This document shows, one piece after another, positions 1 through 12,998 of a DNA stretch of 64,000 nt (positions are counted from its first letter, which is position 1; each line of letters opens with the position of its first letter). A model generated the notes under the pieces. The model did no database searches, had not been told where the DNA came from, and saw nothing but the letters and a program-made list of their open reading frames with translations. Both the position numbers and the translations under genes were made by a program. This stretch comes from Haliotis rufescens (Eukaryota). The stretch spans positions 2,914,001 through 2,978,000 of the forward strand of contig NW_025963891.1 in assembly GCF_023055435.1 (NCBI RefSeq), read 5' to 3'.

Positions 1-109
1 CCATGCAAACGTTATAATACCTTCTTTGTTGAGTCCAAGAATCATAGCTTTAGGTGTGCATATAAACTAGTTATTAAAAGAGCTATCACACAACTCAATG
101 GTAGCTCCC

Positions 110-242
110 ACTATGAAGGTACTTGCACACGGGTGTTACAAGCGTGGCGAACAGGTTCCACACGAGTGCCCAACAGGTCGCACACGGGTTGCGTAACGCG
201 TTGCCCATGCGTGTAAGGGGGATGGACTTCTAGGCAGTAGTG
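110..242. mobile_element. Right end of a CACTA/EnSpm-type element (left end lies outside the window)
   Basis: Ends ...ggacttctaggcagtagtg|TA, nearly identical to 24230-24283; cacacggg subterminal repeats present. Confidence 0.7.
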
Positions 243-244
243 TA

Positions 245-251
245 CATGCAT

Positions 252-286
<35 letters not shown>

Positions 287-300
287 CATACATACATACA
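245..300. repeat. (GCAC)n/(ATAC)n microsatellite
   Basis: Direct inspection. Confidence 0.95.
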
Positions 301-1204
301 CGCCATATGCTATGGGTCAGTTCATTGCGCTGCAGGGATTACAAGTTCCGACTCGGATCACTGTGTTTGCCTAAAGGTGAAGAGGAGAAGACACCCTTGA
401 GGCGATCCCCACATTTCTGAACAACTAGATACTTTTGATCCGACCGAGTCTCAACGATCACATTACATGTTGTTATGTACAGCTTCAAAGAACACGATTT
501 AAGTTGAATAAGTAGGACAAGGTTAAGGCCCATTCATTGGATAACCTGGATAGAATGTTTGGATAAACAGAACCTACGGCAGTAGTTGACGACTTTAACC
601 AATACTATTAAACTGATAAATGACTTCGGCGAATCGGGCCATTGTATTTCATAATGTGTATGTTATATTTATCAATAAATAGCAGTACTTACACGCAGGT
701 GGATGTACTTGAACAGGGGAATTAGCTGGAGAATGCAGATTCACCACAATAATAGGCCGGGACTGTTGACCCGCTGTTTGACGGTGAAAAATGAGGTCAC
801 CCGCTCAAACACACCGTGAGAATCATACGGTTTGGAACAGGGTCACCTCATGTTGGGTTTGGGGTATTCACAGCATTAGCCGTGTAAACAGGCGCGGTGC
901 ACTATCATCTCATGAACATGAAACTCTTGTTTTGTACTTAAATGTTCGTACCTCCTTTTATTTTTTGTAGTTTCCCTGTCAGATGTAAACATATACAATG
1001 TGTGTGAATAGCTGCTAGTTATAAGTGCATTGGTTTTTATTACCCTTGATCACAAACAGGAATAAGCCAAATCTTCACAATAGCAGTAAACTGATAAATA
1101 TAATAATACTTCCCATTGTATATGCAGTAATATTCAATGTACATACATGTACATGTTCATATACACAACTTTGGGTATTTTTATAGAGATTCTTTACATA
1201 CAAT

Positions 1205-1350
1205 GCCCACCTTATCCTGAGCACCTGGTGTCATCACTACTTCATATTAATATAGTCGGAATCGCACATTGGACTCTGCCCGTAGCAGATATTTCTTATT
1301 ATTATGGAAATTGTTTTGTCGCTTTATTCCTAATCGGAGATTCGAAAGTT
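1205..1350 (+). mobile_element. 3' fragment of the Penelope-like family
   Basis: gcacctggtgtcatcacta...agtcggaatcgcaca...ttttgtcgctttat matches 47950-48080. Confidence 0.55.
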
Positions 1351-1429
1351 GCTCTTACACTCGGGTAATAAGAAACAGGCGTCTTTCATGCTGTGTCAAT
1401 TGCCTATGTATAGGTAAAGCAGTTCTTAC

Positions 1430-1565
1430 NNNNNNNNNNNNNNNNNNNNNNNNNNNNNNNNNNNNNNNNNNNNNNNNNNNNNNNNNNNNNNNNNNNNNNN
1501 NNNNNNNNNNNNNNNNNNNNNNNNNNNNNNNNNNNNNNNNNNNNNNNNNNNNNNNNNNNNNNNNN
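1430..1565. other. Assembly gap
   Basis: Run of N. Confidence 1.
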
Positions 1566-1643
1566 CGTGCTCTAGTTAACAGAAGACCGTCTATTTTTAA
1601 TCCTCACTGTATATACTGTCATCATACAATATTCGAGGTTTTT

Positions 1644-3010
1644 CTGTCTGATGTATTCAGTTAAAATGTACATAGTTCGTCTGTCTGGTGTATACAGTGA
1701 CAATGTACATAGTTCCCTGTCTGATATATACAGCTACAATGTTCATAATTCCCTGTCTGATATATACAGCTACAATGTACATAGTTCCCTGTCTGATATA
1801 TACAGTTACAATGTACATAATTCCCTGTCTGATATATACAGCTACAATGTACATAGTTCCCTCTGCCTGATGTACACAGCTACATTGAACATAGTTCCCT
1901 GTCTGATGAACACAGCTACATTGTACAGAGTTCACTGTCTGATGTATACAGCTACAATGTACGTAGTTCCCTCTGTCTGATGTACACAGCTACATAATTC
2001 CCTCTGTCTGATAAACACAGCTACAATGTACATAGATCCCTCTGTCTGATGTACACAGCTACATAGTTCCCCCTGTCTGATGTACACAGATACATTGTAC
2101 ATAGTTCCCTATCTGATGTACACAGCTACATTGTACATAGTTCCCTCTGTCTGATGTTTACAGCTACAATGTACGTAGTTCCCTCTGTCTGATGTACACA
2201 GCTACATTGCACATAGTTCCCTATCTGATGTCTACAGTTAAAATGTACATAGTTTCTCTGTCTGGTGTATACAGTTACAATGTACATAATTCCCTGTCTG
2301 ATATATACAGTTACAATGTACATAGTTCCCTCTGTCTGATGTACACAGCTTCATTGTACATAGTTCCCTGTGGCTGATGTACACAGCTACATTGTACATA
2401 GTTCTCTATCTGATGTACGAAGCAACATTGTACATAGTTCCCTCTGTCTGGTGTATACAGCTACATAGTTCCCTCTGTCTGATGTACACAGCTTCATTGT
2501 ACATAGTTCCCTCTGTCTGATGTACACAGCTTCATTGTACATAGTTCCCTCTGTCTGATGTACACAGCTACAATGTACATAGTTCCCTCTGTCTGATGTA
2601 CACAGCTACAATGTACATAGTTCCCTCTGTCTGATGTACACAGCTACATTGTACATAGTTCCCTGTTTGATGTACACAGCTACATTGTACAGAGTTCACT
2701 GTCTGTTGTATACAGCTACAATGTACGTAGTTCCCTCTGTCTGATGTACACAGCTACATAGTTCCCTCTGTCTGATGTACACAGCTACAATGTACATAGT
2801 TCCCTCTGTCTGATGTACACAGCTACATAGTTCCCTCTGTCTGATGTACACAGCTACATAGTTCCCTCTGTCTGATATATACAGCTACAATGTACATAGT
2901 TCTCTCTGTCTGATGTACACAGCTACAATGTACGTAGTTCCCTCTGTCTGATGTACACATCTACATAGTTCCCTCTGTCTGATGTACACAGCTACAATGT
3001 ACGTAGTTCC
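1644..3010. repeat. Minisatellite 1, left arm (31/36/38-bp variants of ctgatgtacacagctac[aatgtac]atagttccctctgt)
   Basis: Tandem units visible directly; the ORFs here are translations of the repeat. Confidence 0.97.
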
Positions 3011-4675
3011 GTCCGTCAATGTGGCTTCAGGCGAGAACACGGTGTAAACATAGCTACCTACATACTCAAAGAAGTCATATTTTTCTATACGGAAAGGTCT
3101 TCTAACGTATACACTGTGTTTCTTGATAATGAGAAAGCGTTTGATCGCATCTGGCACAATGGACTACTCCTAAAATTATTCATCTTTGGTGTGCAAGGGA
3201 AAGCCTGGCATATCATACGTCAGTCGTATCACGAATCTACTGCATGTGTCAAATATGCCGGTGAGACAAGTCGAACGTTCCCAATCGGACAAGGTGTAGG
3301 ACAAGGACGTGTCTTATCCGCCTGGATGTTCCTTGTGTATATTAACGAGCTTATAATCCGCCTTGACCATTTGAAACAAGGTGTTATGCTTGGACGTGAT
3401 CACTTCCCAGTTGTCCTACTCGCGGACGACACAACTCTCATAAGCTCAACAAGTAGTGGCATATGCATGTCCTTACAGACTGTACATCAATATGCTTGCC
3501 AATGGAGATTGACATATAATGCAAGAAAAAGCTGTGTTCTGGTGTTTAAAGGTGGAAACAAAATCAACCAACCAGGTTCTTTTAGACTAGGTAACCATAT
3601 ACTGGAAATGAAATCGAACACAATATATGCAGGTTCTATTATCAGTACTCATTTAGAATCCGAAAGGACCAGGAGAGCTTGCGCTAAGGCGAGGAAGAAT
3701 TTGAATTCCCTGAGAGATATTGGTCTAAGAGCAGGTGGTCTGAACCCAGTCTGCTGTATGAACATATGGCGTAGAGTAATAATTCCAGGTGCCTTCTACG
3801 CGTGTGAACTGTGGTCAAATATGTCCAAGACAGAACACAATGAAATTGAAAAACTCCAGCGCTACTTTGCACGTAATGTACAAAATTTTCATGTAAGATC
3901 TTCGACCGTTGCAACTATTCAGACGCTGGGATTGTGGACAATGACATCCGTGATTGACAAAATGAAGCTGATGTTCCTTGGGAGGATGTGTAGAAGCAGC
4001 CACAGATATGCCCCGAAAAAGGTGTTCTATTTCAAGTGTGCTCAATATATAACAGGCAGTGACAAAAGTAAGTCTGTAACACATGATCTACTCAATGTGG
4101 CAAAGAAATATGAATTATGGACCATAATAGTTCACTTTATGAAAACTAACCAGTTTCCATCCAAGGATGTGTGGAACAAAACCGTACAGACTAAAATAAC
4201 AGAACATGAAACTGCTCATTGGCACACCAGTCTGCAAGATCACCCTGAATTAAACAGATTTATTAAAATTCACAGTAAGCTTGTACCTCATAGACTGTGG
4301 AATATGTGTATTCTGTACAATATACCAACTAGACCTATGTATGCACTTGTGAAACTAGGAACACTACCAATAACACCTGGACAGTGTTTAATGTGTGATG
4401 AGGAGTGCGATGACATAATAAAGCACCAACTGCTATGTTGTACAGCTTTAGCTGATGCAAGGAACACCCTCTATGAACATCTATTTGACTCTTTAAACCT
4501 CGAACAATACATGCGTATTGAGGACTGTGCAGATGACGAAGTCAAACTTGTGACATTGCTAGGTGGTATAACCCCTATTGTAGAGGATATGAGCCTTGAC
4601 AGATGGGCTGAATTCATATCTTCTGTATCACGAGACATAAGCTCCTGGAACCTGCGATCACTGCTCTATCTATAG
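3011..4675 (+). CDS. LINE ORF2 fragment: reverse transcriptase plus C-terminal Cys/His domain (5'-truncated, uninterrupted)
   Basis: QCGFR, FLDNEKAFDRIWH, GVGQGRVLS, LLADD, CLMC...HQLLCC; the frame is open from the junction at 3011. Confidence 0.9.
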   Translation, partial: VRQCGFRREHGVNIATYILKEVIFFYTERSSNVYTVFLDNEKAFDRIWHNGLLLKLFIFGVQGKAWHIIRQSYHESTACVKYAGETSRTFPIGQGVGQGRVLSAWMFLVYINELIIRLDHLKQGVMLGRDHFPVVLLADDTTLISSTSSGICMSLQTVHQYACQWRLTYNARKSCVLVFKGGNKINQPGSFRLGNHILEMKSNTIYAGSIISTHLESERTRRACAKARKNLNSLRDIGLRAGGLNPVCCMNIWRRVIIPGAFYACELWSNMSKTEHNEIEKLQRYFARNVQNFHVRSSTVATIQTLGLWTMTSVIDKMKLMFLGRMCRSSHRYAPKKVFYFKCAQYITGSDKSKSVTHDLLNVAKKYELWTIIVHFMKTNQFPSKDVWNKTVQTKITEHETAHWHTSLQDHPELNRFIKIHSKLVPHRLWNMCILYNIPTRPMYALVKLGTLPITPGQCLMCDEECDDIIKHQLLCCTALADARNTLYEHLFDSLNLEQYMRIEDCADDEVKLVTLLGGITPIVEDMSLDRWAEFISSVSRDISSWNLRSLLYL

Positions 4676-4850
4676 ACAGTATATCTCATACCAGGACCAG
4701 GACATGTAAATATTCAGTATTGCCAATTTCTCTGCATAATATAATGTTCGTGTAAATATGCTGTGTTAACATGATTCCAAATGTATATCACTATCCGAAA
4801 TTAATGGAGGAAATAAAGATCATTCATTCATTCATTCATTCATTCATTCA
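3011..4850 (+). mobile_element. 5'-truncated non-LTR retrotransposon (LINE) with (TTCA)n tail
   Basis: Open RT frame, 3' UTR, AATAAA, then (ttca)n; probable TSD tagttcc; inserted in minisatellite 1. Confidence 0.92.
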
Positions 4851-7105
4851 TAGTTCCCTCTGTCTGATGTACACAGCTACATAGTTCCCTCTGTCTGATG
4901 TACACAGCTACAATATACGTAGTTCCCTCTGTCTGATGTACACAGCTACATAGTTCCCTCTGTCTGATGTACACAGCTACAATATACGTAGTTCCCTCTG
5001 TCTGATGTACACAGCTACATAGTTCCCTCTGTCTGATGTACACAGCTACATTGTACATAGTTCCCTGTCTGATGTACACAGCTACATTGTACAGAGTTCA
5101 CTGTCTGATGTATACAGCTACAATGTACGTAGTTCCCTCTGTCTGATGTACACAGCTACATAGTTCCCTCTGTCTGATGTATACAGCTACATTGTACATA
5201 GTTCCCTCTGTCTGATGTACACAGCTACATAGTTACCTCTGTCTGATGTACACAACTACATAGTTCCCTCTGTCTGATATATACAGCTACAATGTACATA
5301 GTTCCCTCTGTCTGATGTACACAGCTTCATTGTACATAGTTCCCTGTGGCTGATGTACACAGCTACATTGTACATAGTTCTCTATCTGATGTACGAAGCT
5401 ACATTGTACATAGTTCCCTCTGTCTGGTGTATACAGCTACATAGTTCCCTCTGTCTGATGTACACAGCTTCATTGTACATAGTTCCCTCTGTCTGATGTA
5501 CACAGCTTCATTGTACATAGTTCCCTCTGTCTGATGTACACAGCTACAATGTACACAGTTCCTTCTGTCTGATGTACACAGCTACATAGTTCCCTCTGTC
5601 TGATGTATACAGCTACAATGTACGTAGTTCCCTCTGTCTGATGTACACAACTACATAGTTCCCTCTGTCTGATGTACACAAGTACAATGTACGTAGTTCC
5701 CTCTGTCTGATGTACACATCTACATAGTTCCCTCTGTCTGATGTACACAGCTACAATGTACGTAGTTCCCTCTGTCTGATGTACACAACTACATAGTTCC
5801 CTCTGTCTGATGTACACAGCTACATAGTTCCCTCTGTCTGATGTACACAGCTACAATGTACATAGTTCCCTCGGTCTGATGTACACAGCTACATTGTACA
5901 TAGTTCCCTGTTTGATGTACACAGCTACATTGTACAGAGTTCACTGTCTGATGTATACAGCTACAATGTACGTAGTTCCCTCTGTCTGATGTACACAGCT
6001 ACATAGTTCCCTCTGTCTGATGTACACAGCTACAATGTTCATAGTTCCCTCTGTCTGATGTACACAGCTACATAGTTCCCTCTGTCTGATGTACACAGCT
6101 ACATAGTTCCCTCTGTCTGATATATGCAGCTACAATGTACATAGTTCCCTCTGTCTGATGTACACAGCTACAATGTACGTAGTTCCCTCTGTCTGATGTA
6201 CACATCTACATATTTCCCTCTGCCTGATGTACACAGCTACAATGTACGTAGTTCCGTCTGTCTGATGTACACAACTACATAGTTCCTTCTGTCTGATGTA
6301 CACAGCTACAATGTACATAGTTCCCTCTGTCTGATGTACACAACTACATAGTTCCCTCTGTCTGATGTACACAACTACAATATACGTAGTTCCCTCTGTC
6401 TGATGTACACAGCTACATAGTTCCCTCTGTCTGATGTACACAGCTACAATGTACATAGTTCCCTCTGTCTGATGTACACAGCTACATTGTACATAGTTCA
6501 CTGTCTGATGTACACAGCTACATTGTACAGAGTTCACTGTCTGATGTATACAGCTACAATGTACATAGTCCCTCTGTCTGATGTATACAGCTACATTGTA
6601 CATAGTTCCCTGTCTGATGTATACAGCTACATTGTACATAGTTCCCTCTGTCTGATATATACAGCTACTATGTACATAGTTCCCTATCTGATGTATACAG
6701 CTACATTGTACATAATTCCCTGTCTGATATATACAGCTACATTGTACATAGTTCCCTGTCTGATATATACAGCTACAATGTACATAGTTCCCTCTGTCTG
6801 ATGTTTACAGCTACATTGTACTTAGTTCCCTGTCTGATATAGACAGCTACATTGTACATAGTTCCCTGTCTGATGTATACAGCTACAATGTACGTAGTTC
6901 CCTCTGTCTGATGTATACAGCTACGTTGTACACAGTCCCTCTGTCTGATATATACAGCTACAATGTTCATAGTTCCCTCTGTCTGATATATACAGCTACA
7001 ATGTACATAGTTCCCTGTCTGATATATACAGTTACAATGTACATAATTCTTTGTCTGATATATACACCTACAATGTACATAGTTCCCTGTCTGATGTACA
7101 CAGTT
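4851..7105. repeat. Minisatellite 1, right arm
   Basis: Same units as 1644-3010; a diagnostic variant block at 2345-2425 recurs at about 5322-5400. Confidence 0.97.
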
Positions 7106-7689
7106 GCAATATATGTTGATCATCGGTCTCGAGTGGGAAACGGGTTGATGTGACCTTTAATTATAAGGACGAATGCACTCACAAAGGGCAGGCATCCACA
7201 TATATTGTAGTTGTATACATCGGACAGTGAAACATATTTTAGAAGGATTTACTTACTTTTAAGTGCAAAACACATGCGTTTTCTGGTTCACTAGATGTCA
7301 GTCCACCGCGTCTGTTGAGACAACAAATGTTGTGAATGCCCTCCACCCGAGAGACGCATCACAGCATTAAGTAGTCTACTGTGAACTACTGTGAACTCGT
7401 GGACACGTTCGGGTGCCCTTCATTTTTCAAGTATCGTGTAACCAATCCCGGCCTGTGGCATACCCGCATGTTCTAGTTTCGCTCCCCGTTCAGCTGCATC
7501 CATCTGCTTGTAAATACAGCTATATATTGATACACATAATGTACACATTATGAAATACAGCTGTTTTGTGTATACTGAGTATATAATGTTGTACAGTCAC
7601 CTTACGTAACTGCGATTGTTGTGTTTGAATACCAGCATTGTTTCATCTTTATAGTTTGAGAAATACCATGCTGTCTGATGTGTTTATGT

Positions 7690-8120
7690 CAAAATGTGAT
7701 GAAACCGGGTATTCGCGAGCCTTCCCCACAGGTGGCACCCGCCTCAAACACCTCTGAAGGCAAGTCGGTTGTTCACGTGAAAAGACAAAAATAGGGAATT
7801 GTATCGGACATCATTTTGGTCACTGATGCGTCAAATTTTGAAATGTCCTCCACATGTCCACCATGAAACGTTCTAAAAGCTTTTCTGAGGCCCTGAATGT
7901 TGTAACCTTAATCAAATAGCTTCTGGGCAAGAGCCGCATGGCGCTATTTGAAATCCTGGTAGAAAGAGCATGCTCGATTATACCTAAACATTTGTTAAAT
8001 GTAGACATCAAAGACATCAAGCTAAATGTCTTGGCCAAACGACATGTTGTGGTTTGTACACCTTCAAACGAAAATATAGTTGTTCGTTTCCTTTCAGAAA
8101 TGCGAGATTTCCCAAACGTC
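7690..8120 (-). mobile_element. Penelope-like element, RT C-terminus and 3' region (decayed)
   Basis: Minus frame RYNRACSFYQDFK*RHAALAQKLFD*GYNIQGLRKAF...FDASVTKMMSDTIPYF, homologous to 47659-47862. Confidence 0.7.
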
Positions 8121-8570
8121 TCATATTACCTATTGTCACAAAAAAGCAAAGTTCAGTGATTACCGTAATGAACTGACTAATAGCATATAGCATGACGACA
8201 CAAATATCAATGTTTCATACGAAGTTCACTTTAACGTAAACTTGTTATTTCTCATAAAATATTCCAAGACAACATCAACAAATTACATCTGTAAATGTTT
8301 ACAACGTTCTTTTGAAATTTATTGAATTAAAACAAATCCCCAAATAATAAACATATATTGTTCTCCATTCCAATATTGTGCTATGTCACATGACTGTTCA
8401 AGATTGCATACTGGTACATTGTTCACTAATTATTAATTTTAACATCTACAGTCCTGAATCTGATTTAATTAAGTGTAATGTGGCATCTAGAAACTGGATG
8501 AGCGTCACAGCGCCCATCTCCAGCAGATTTGTTGTGGCGTTGTCGTTGGGCTCCGTGGAGTCTTGAAACA

Positions 8571-9195
8571 GCAGCACGTCGAACCTATGTGTCCTGAACC
8601 AGTTGCACAGGTAGTGGACGACACGCAGCACATCGGACCCATGTGTCCTGAACCAGTTGCACAGGTAGTGGAAGAGACGCAACACGTAGGACCCATGTGT
8701 CCTGAACCTCCTGCACTTGTGGTGGACGAGATGCAGCACTTATGACTCATGTGTTCTGAACCAGTTTCACAGGAAAGGGAAGAGACGTAGCACATCGGAC
8801 CCATGTGTCATGAACCTGCTACACAGGTAGTGGACAGATAGCAGCACATCGGACCCATGTGTCCTGAACCTGCTACACAGGTAGTGGACAGATAGCAGGA
8901 CATCAGACCTGTGTGTCATGAACCAAGTGCACAGGTAGTGGAAGAGACGCAATACGTTGGACCCATGTGTCCTGAACCTGTTGCTAAGGTAGTGGACAGG
9001 ATGCAGGACATCGCCCCAAGTAGGGAGGGAAGAGACGCAGCACGCCGGACCCATGTGTCCAAAACCAGTTGCACAGGTAGTGGAAGAGACGCAGCACGCC
9101 GGACCCATGTGTCCTAAACCAGTTGCACATCTAGTGGACGAGGTGCAGGACGTCGGCCCATGTGTCATGAACCTGTTGCATAGGTAGTGGGAGAG
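8571..9195. repeat. 54-bp (18-codon) tandem repeat, about 11 copies, possibly a coding repeat
   Basis: Unit gcagcacatcggacccatgtgtcctgaaccagttgcacaggtagtggaagagac. Confidence 0.9.
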
Positions 9196-9536
9196 GCAAG
9201 CAAGTCTGACCGCTGTGTTAAGTCCATGGCGCTGTTTGGTCATCTCAAGCCTTTGGACTTTTTTTGCCATATGACATGTGTCGTGTCGAAGAGACATCCA
9301 CGATCAGGTATCAGGAAATGCATTTCCAGCGGAATTCAAGGCTGCATCCTTAATATAATTGTGGATGACCTCAGAATCTAGAGTGAGGCTGGTCGTTGCT
9401 AGCACCGCCTCTAAAACAGATGCCCACAGGTTGTTGATTCGTGTATCCAGGATATTGGTAGTAGTAAAGCAAAACATCATTTTACTTATTCCATCATTCA
9501 TTGAGAGGAAGTTTTGGTTGTCAATATGTTGGCAAG

Positions 9537-9755
9537 TCTACTAAAGTACTGTTGGAAATGCTAGAAAACTGCTTTTCTGGCTTCATTAAATAAATACGAG
9601 TCATAGGACTGTAAAAAGAGCATATATCAAAATAACGCGAATTGCCCTAATCTAGCCTGTCCTAACTGACACCGTGATTACCCTGAAAATGTACTTTTAC
9701 AAGTAAAAGGATGATCAACTTAGAAAATATTCGTGTGTTGTCATGCATGTATGAA
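9537..9755 (-). repeat. Dispersed repeat, inverted copy of 25200-25415 (end of the 59-bp satellite carrier)
   Basis: Reverse-complement match over about 215 bp. Confidence 0.85.
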
Positions 9756-9989
9756 ATGGCCTGAGGTAATTACCTAACATCTGTCCCGAGGTGATGACCT
9801 CACACAGTCCTGTGCATTCTCCCAGGTGCAAATGCCACCGAGTTGGGGGGTCTCAAAATATTGCTGTTATTGTACTTAATTGACATGAGTTGATGAGGTA
9901 GTAATTTAGGATATGTTCTGCATTATATTTGCTTGGAAACATGATGGACTATTTAAGAGCTATGAAACGGGATGAGTATTGGAAGGTTG

Positions 9990-10750
9990 CGGTTTTGGAA
10001 TCCAGAAGTATTTGTTGTTCTACAGATGGTTTCTTGAGGTAGCATTTATCTCCGTTGATGACGTAAATGAATCTGTATGTCTTGCCACGAACCCTGTACA
10101 TTTAGCCAAGATATATACAACAGGGTTGATCTCACAATGTCTGACTGCCGTACGTAAGTCGACGTAACAGTGTTGAGCCGCCAGCACATTTGTCTTGTAC
10201 TTTACTGGTTTCTTATTCATCCGAATGTTCTCCATGAGTTGAACTCTCGTTTCATATGATCTGAAATCGACCAATGTCATATATTCCTGTATGGTCGCCT
10301 TCAGACTACTCATGGTTTGGGCGACAGTATCTGATTCCCGTTATATTAAATGGCGTTATATCCATGACACTCACACTGACGTTGTTTAAAATGGGCAATG
10401 GCTGAAGTTCAACCAGTCTATGAAAATCTCCTTATGAAAATCCCCAGTTTTCTTTTTCGCCTCGAAAACATCCATGAATAAGCCCCATATCATGGGTTGC
10501 AGCGTGCAAAACAATGACACGATTACCTTTACCTGATGGTACCATGGGTGCTTTTTGTCCACCTGCCAATAGCCACATGTAGTCAGTGGAATGATTCACC
10601 AAGGTAAATTATCTGGACGCCCTGACTGTGATAGTTATGAATGGTTCGGAGATAATGTGACCTCATAGACTGGATGGAATATTTCCCCTGAAAAGTGCTC
10701 GGTCGTCGCCATGCGCAGTGTATCGAAATCCCATCTCTTGGAGAGCAATA
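9990..10750 (-). pseudogene. Decayed IS630/Tc1-type DDE transposase
   Basis: KAPMVPSGKGNRVIVLHAA..G, then after a frameshift KYKTNVLAAQHCYVDLRTAVRHCEINPV (cf. GH.VLRLP.YHCELNPIE); stops and frameshifts. Confidence 0.65.
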
Positions 10751-11442
10751 TTGCAGTTGGGAAACATTAATTGTATCTTTAATTCCTCCTAAATTCTACT
10801 ACAAGTCAGGGTTACCTTCTGCTCATAAAGGTTGTACACTATAAGCCTAATCACCCTGCATCAAAGCTGTCTAATATCCTTTTACGCCCCAGTTTTGTTT
10901 TTGAGACCACCCCTATACCTGTATTGTTTTCTTATCAGACCGTAGCCGTGATGGTATGAATTGAAAACACCATAGCTTGGGCAGTTCGGTAATTCACCCT
11001 ATCGTAATTAATAAAGTACAGATTCCATATCGTGTACCTTGGTTATGGCTATGCAAGTGTAATGTAACATGCATCATGGGAGCAGTGTTAACAAAAAAAA
11101 CCGCAGCGCCACTTTGTCATTTTAGGGGATGCACATCTAGAATTTTCTTGGGGAGTAGATGTTTTATGAAGACTACATTATTATCATTGTAACGTAGTCA
11201 CGTGCGCATATTTCTATACTCCGTTTCAGACTGCCATCATTGGACTAAATGTGAACTTCCTGTTTTCGTTCGAATTTGTCTCCTGTAAACTTGTCGATAT
11301 GACTCCTTGTGACTGAAATACTTCAAACCACAGGTAGGGCGATCGGTAGTTATTCGATATTTCAATAACAACAGTCTATGAAAAGTTATATCCTTTTTAA
11401 ACAGGCAAAAAGCAGTTTTCTAGCATTTCCGACAGTACTTTT

Positions 11443-12681
11443 AGCCTTATATTCATATTGTACTCACCAAACTACTATTGTTATTCTTGTACTTCTACCT
11501 AAGCCTTATATTCATGTTTTACTCACCAAACTACTATTGTTATTCTTGTACTTCTACCTAAGCCTTATATTCATATTGTACTCACCAAACTACTGTTGTT
11601 ATTCTTGTACTTCTACCTAAGCCTTATATTCATGTTGTACTCACAAAACTACTATTGTTATTCTTGTACTTCTACCTAAGCCTTATATTCATGTTGTACT
11701 CACCAAACTACTATTGTTATTCTTGTACTTCTACCTAAGCCTTATATTCATGTTGTACTCACCAAACTACTATTGTTATTCTTGTACTTCTACCTAAGCC
11801 TTATATTCATTTGTACTCACCAAACTACTATTGTTATTCTTGTACTTCTACCTAAGCCTTATATTCATGTTGTACTCACCAAACTACTGTTGTTATTCTT
11901 GTACTTCTACCTAAGCCTTATATTCATATTGTACTCACCAAACTACTGTTGTTATTCTTGTACTTCTACCTAAGCCTTATATTCATGTTGTACTCACCAA
12001 ACTACTATTGTTATTCTTGTACTTCTACCTAAGCCTTATATTCATGTTGTACTCACCAAACTACTATTGTTATTCTTGTACTTCTACCTAAGCCTTATAT
12101 TCATGTTGTACTCACCAAACTACTATTGTTATTCTTGTACTTCTACCTAAGCCTTATATTCATGTTGTACTCACCAAACTACTATTGTTATTCTTGTACT
12201 TCTACCTAAGCCTTATATTCATTTGTACTCACCAAACTACTATTGTTATTCTTGTACTTCTACCTAAGCCTTATATTCATGTTGTACTCACCAAACTACT
12301 ATTGTTATTCTTGTACTTCTACCTAAGCCTTATATTCATATTGTACTCACCAAACTACTGTTGTTATTCTTGTACTTCTACCTAAGCCTTATATTCATGT
12401 TGTACTCACCAAACTACTGTTGTTATTCTTGTACTTCTACCTAAGCCTTATATTCATATTGTACTCACCAAACTACTATTGTTATTCTTGTACTTCTACC
12501 TAAGCCTTATATTCATGTTGTACTCACCAAACTACTATTGTTATTCTTGTACTTCTACCTAAGCCTTATATTCATATTGTACTAATCAAACTACTATTGT
12601 TATTCTTGTACTTCTACCTAAGCCTTATATTCATGTTGTACTCACCAAACTACTATTGTTATTCTTGTACTTCTACCTAAA
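11443..12681. repeat. 59-bp satellite array, about 21 units
   Basis: Unit aagccttatattcatgttgtactcaccaaactactattgttattcttgtacttctacct. Confidence 0.98.
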
Positions 12682-12757
12682 TATACAGTCATACTATACA
12701 GACTATCCAACAACTGACATCATCCACCACATGAAGTCAACTGACAGTCTTTCTGCA

Positions 12758-12890
12758 TATAAATAAAAGCGACAAAACCCTTTCATATTCATCAGAAATC
12801 TCTGTAGAGGACATTTCCAAAATAATTTACGTATCGGTGAAAAAAATGATGTCTGATGAAATTTCCCTATTTTGACTTGTACCATTTGTT
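12758..12890. mobile_element. Penelope-like fragment with an inverted 3' end fused to a forward segment
   Basis: 12758-12803 is the reverse complement of about 48040-48082; 12805-12890 matches 47775-47856 forward. Confidence 0.6.
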
Positions 12891-12998
12891 CTCCAGGGTG
12901 TTTTCAGGTGAACAATAGACCGATCCAGTCTGTCAATCCAAATTGGCGCATGCGTCATTTTGAGCCAATCGGATTACTTCCGGGGTCAAACGACACCA

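Noticed and set aside
1644-7105. CTGATG in every unit suggests a hammerhead ribozyme array
   Set aside because: The core needs CUGAnGA plus GAAA with flanking stems; units read ctgatgta and lack GAAA.
1651-7153. Many ORFs such as MYTATMYIVP and YIRQRELC
   Set aside because: They are translations of minisatellite 1, whose mixed 31/36/38-bp units do not keep a frame.
11443-12681. CRISPR-like regular arrays (also 22271-22665 and 28250-30175)
   Set aside because: Head-to-tail repeats with no unique spacers, no cas genes, and a eukaryotic context.
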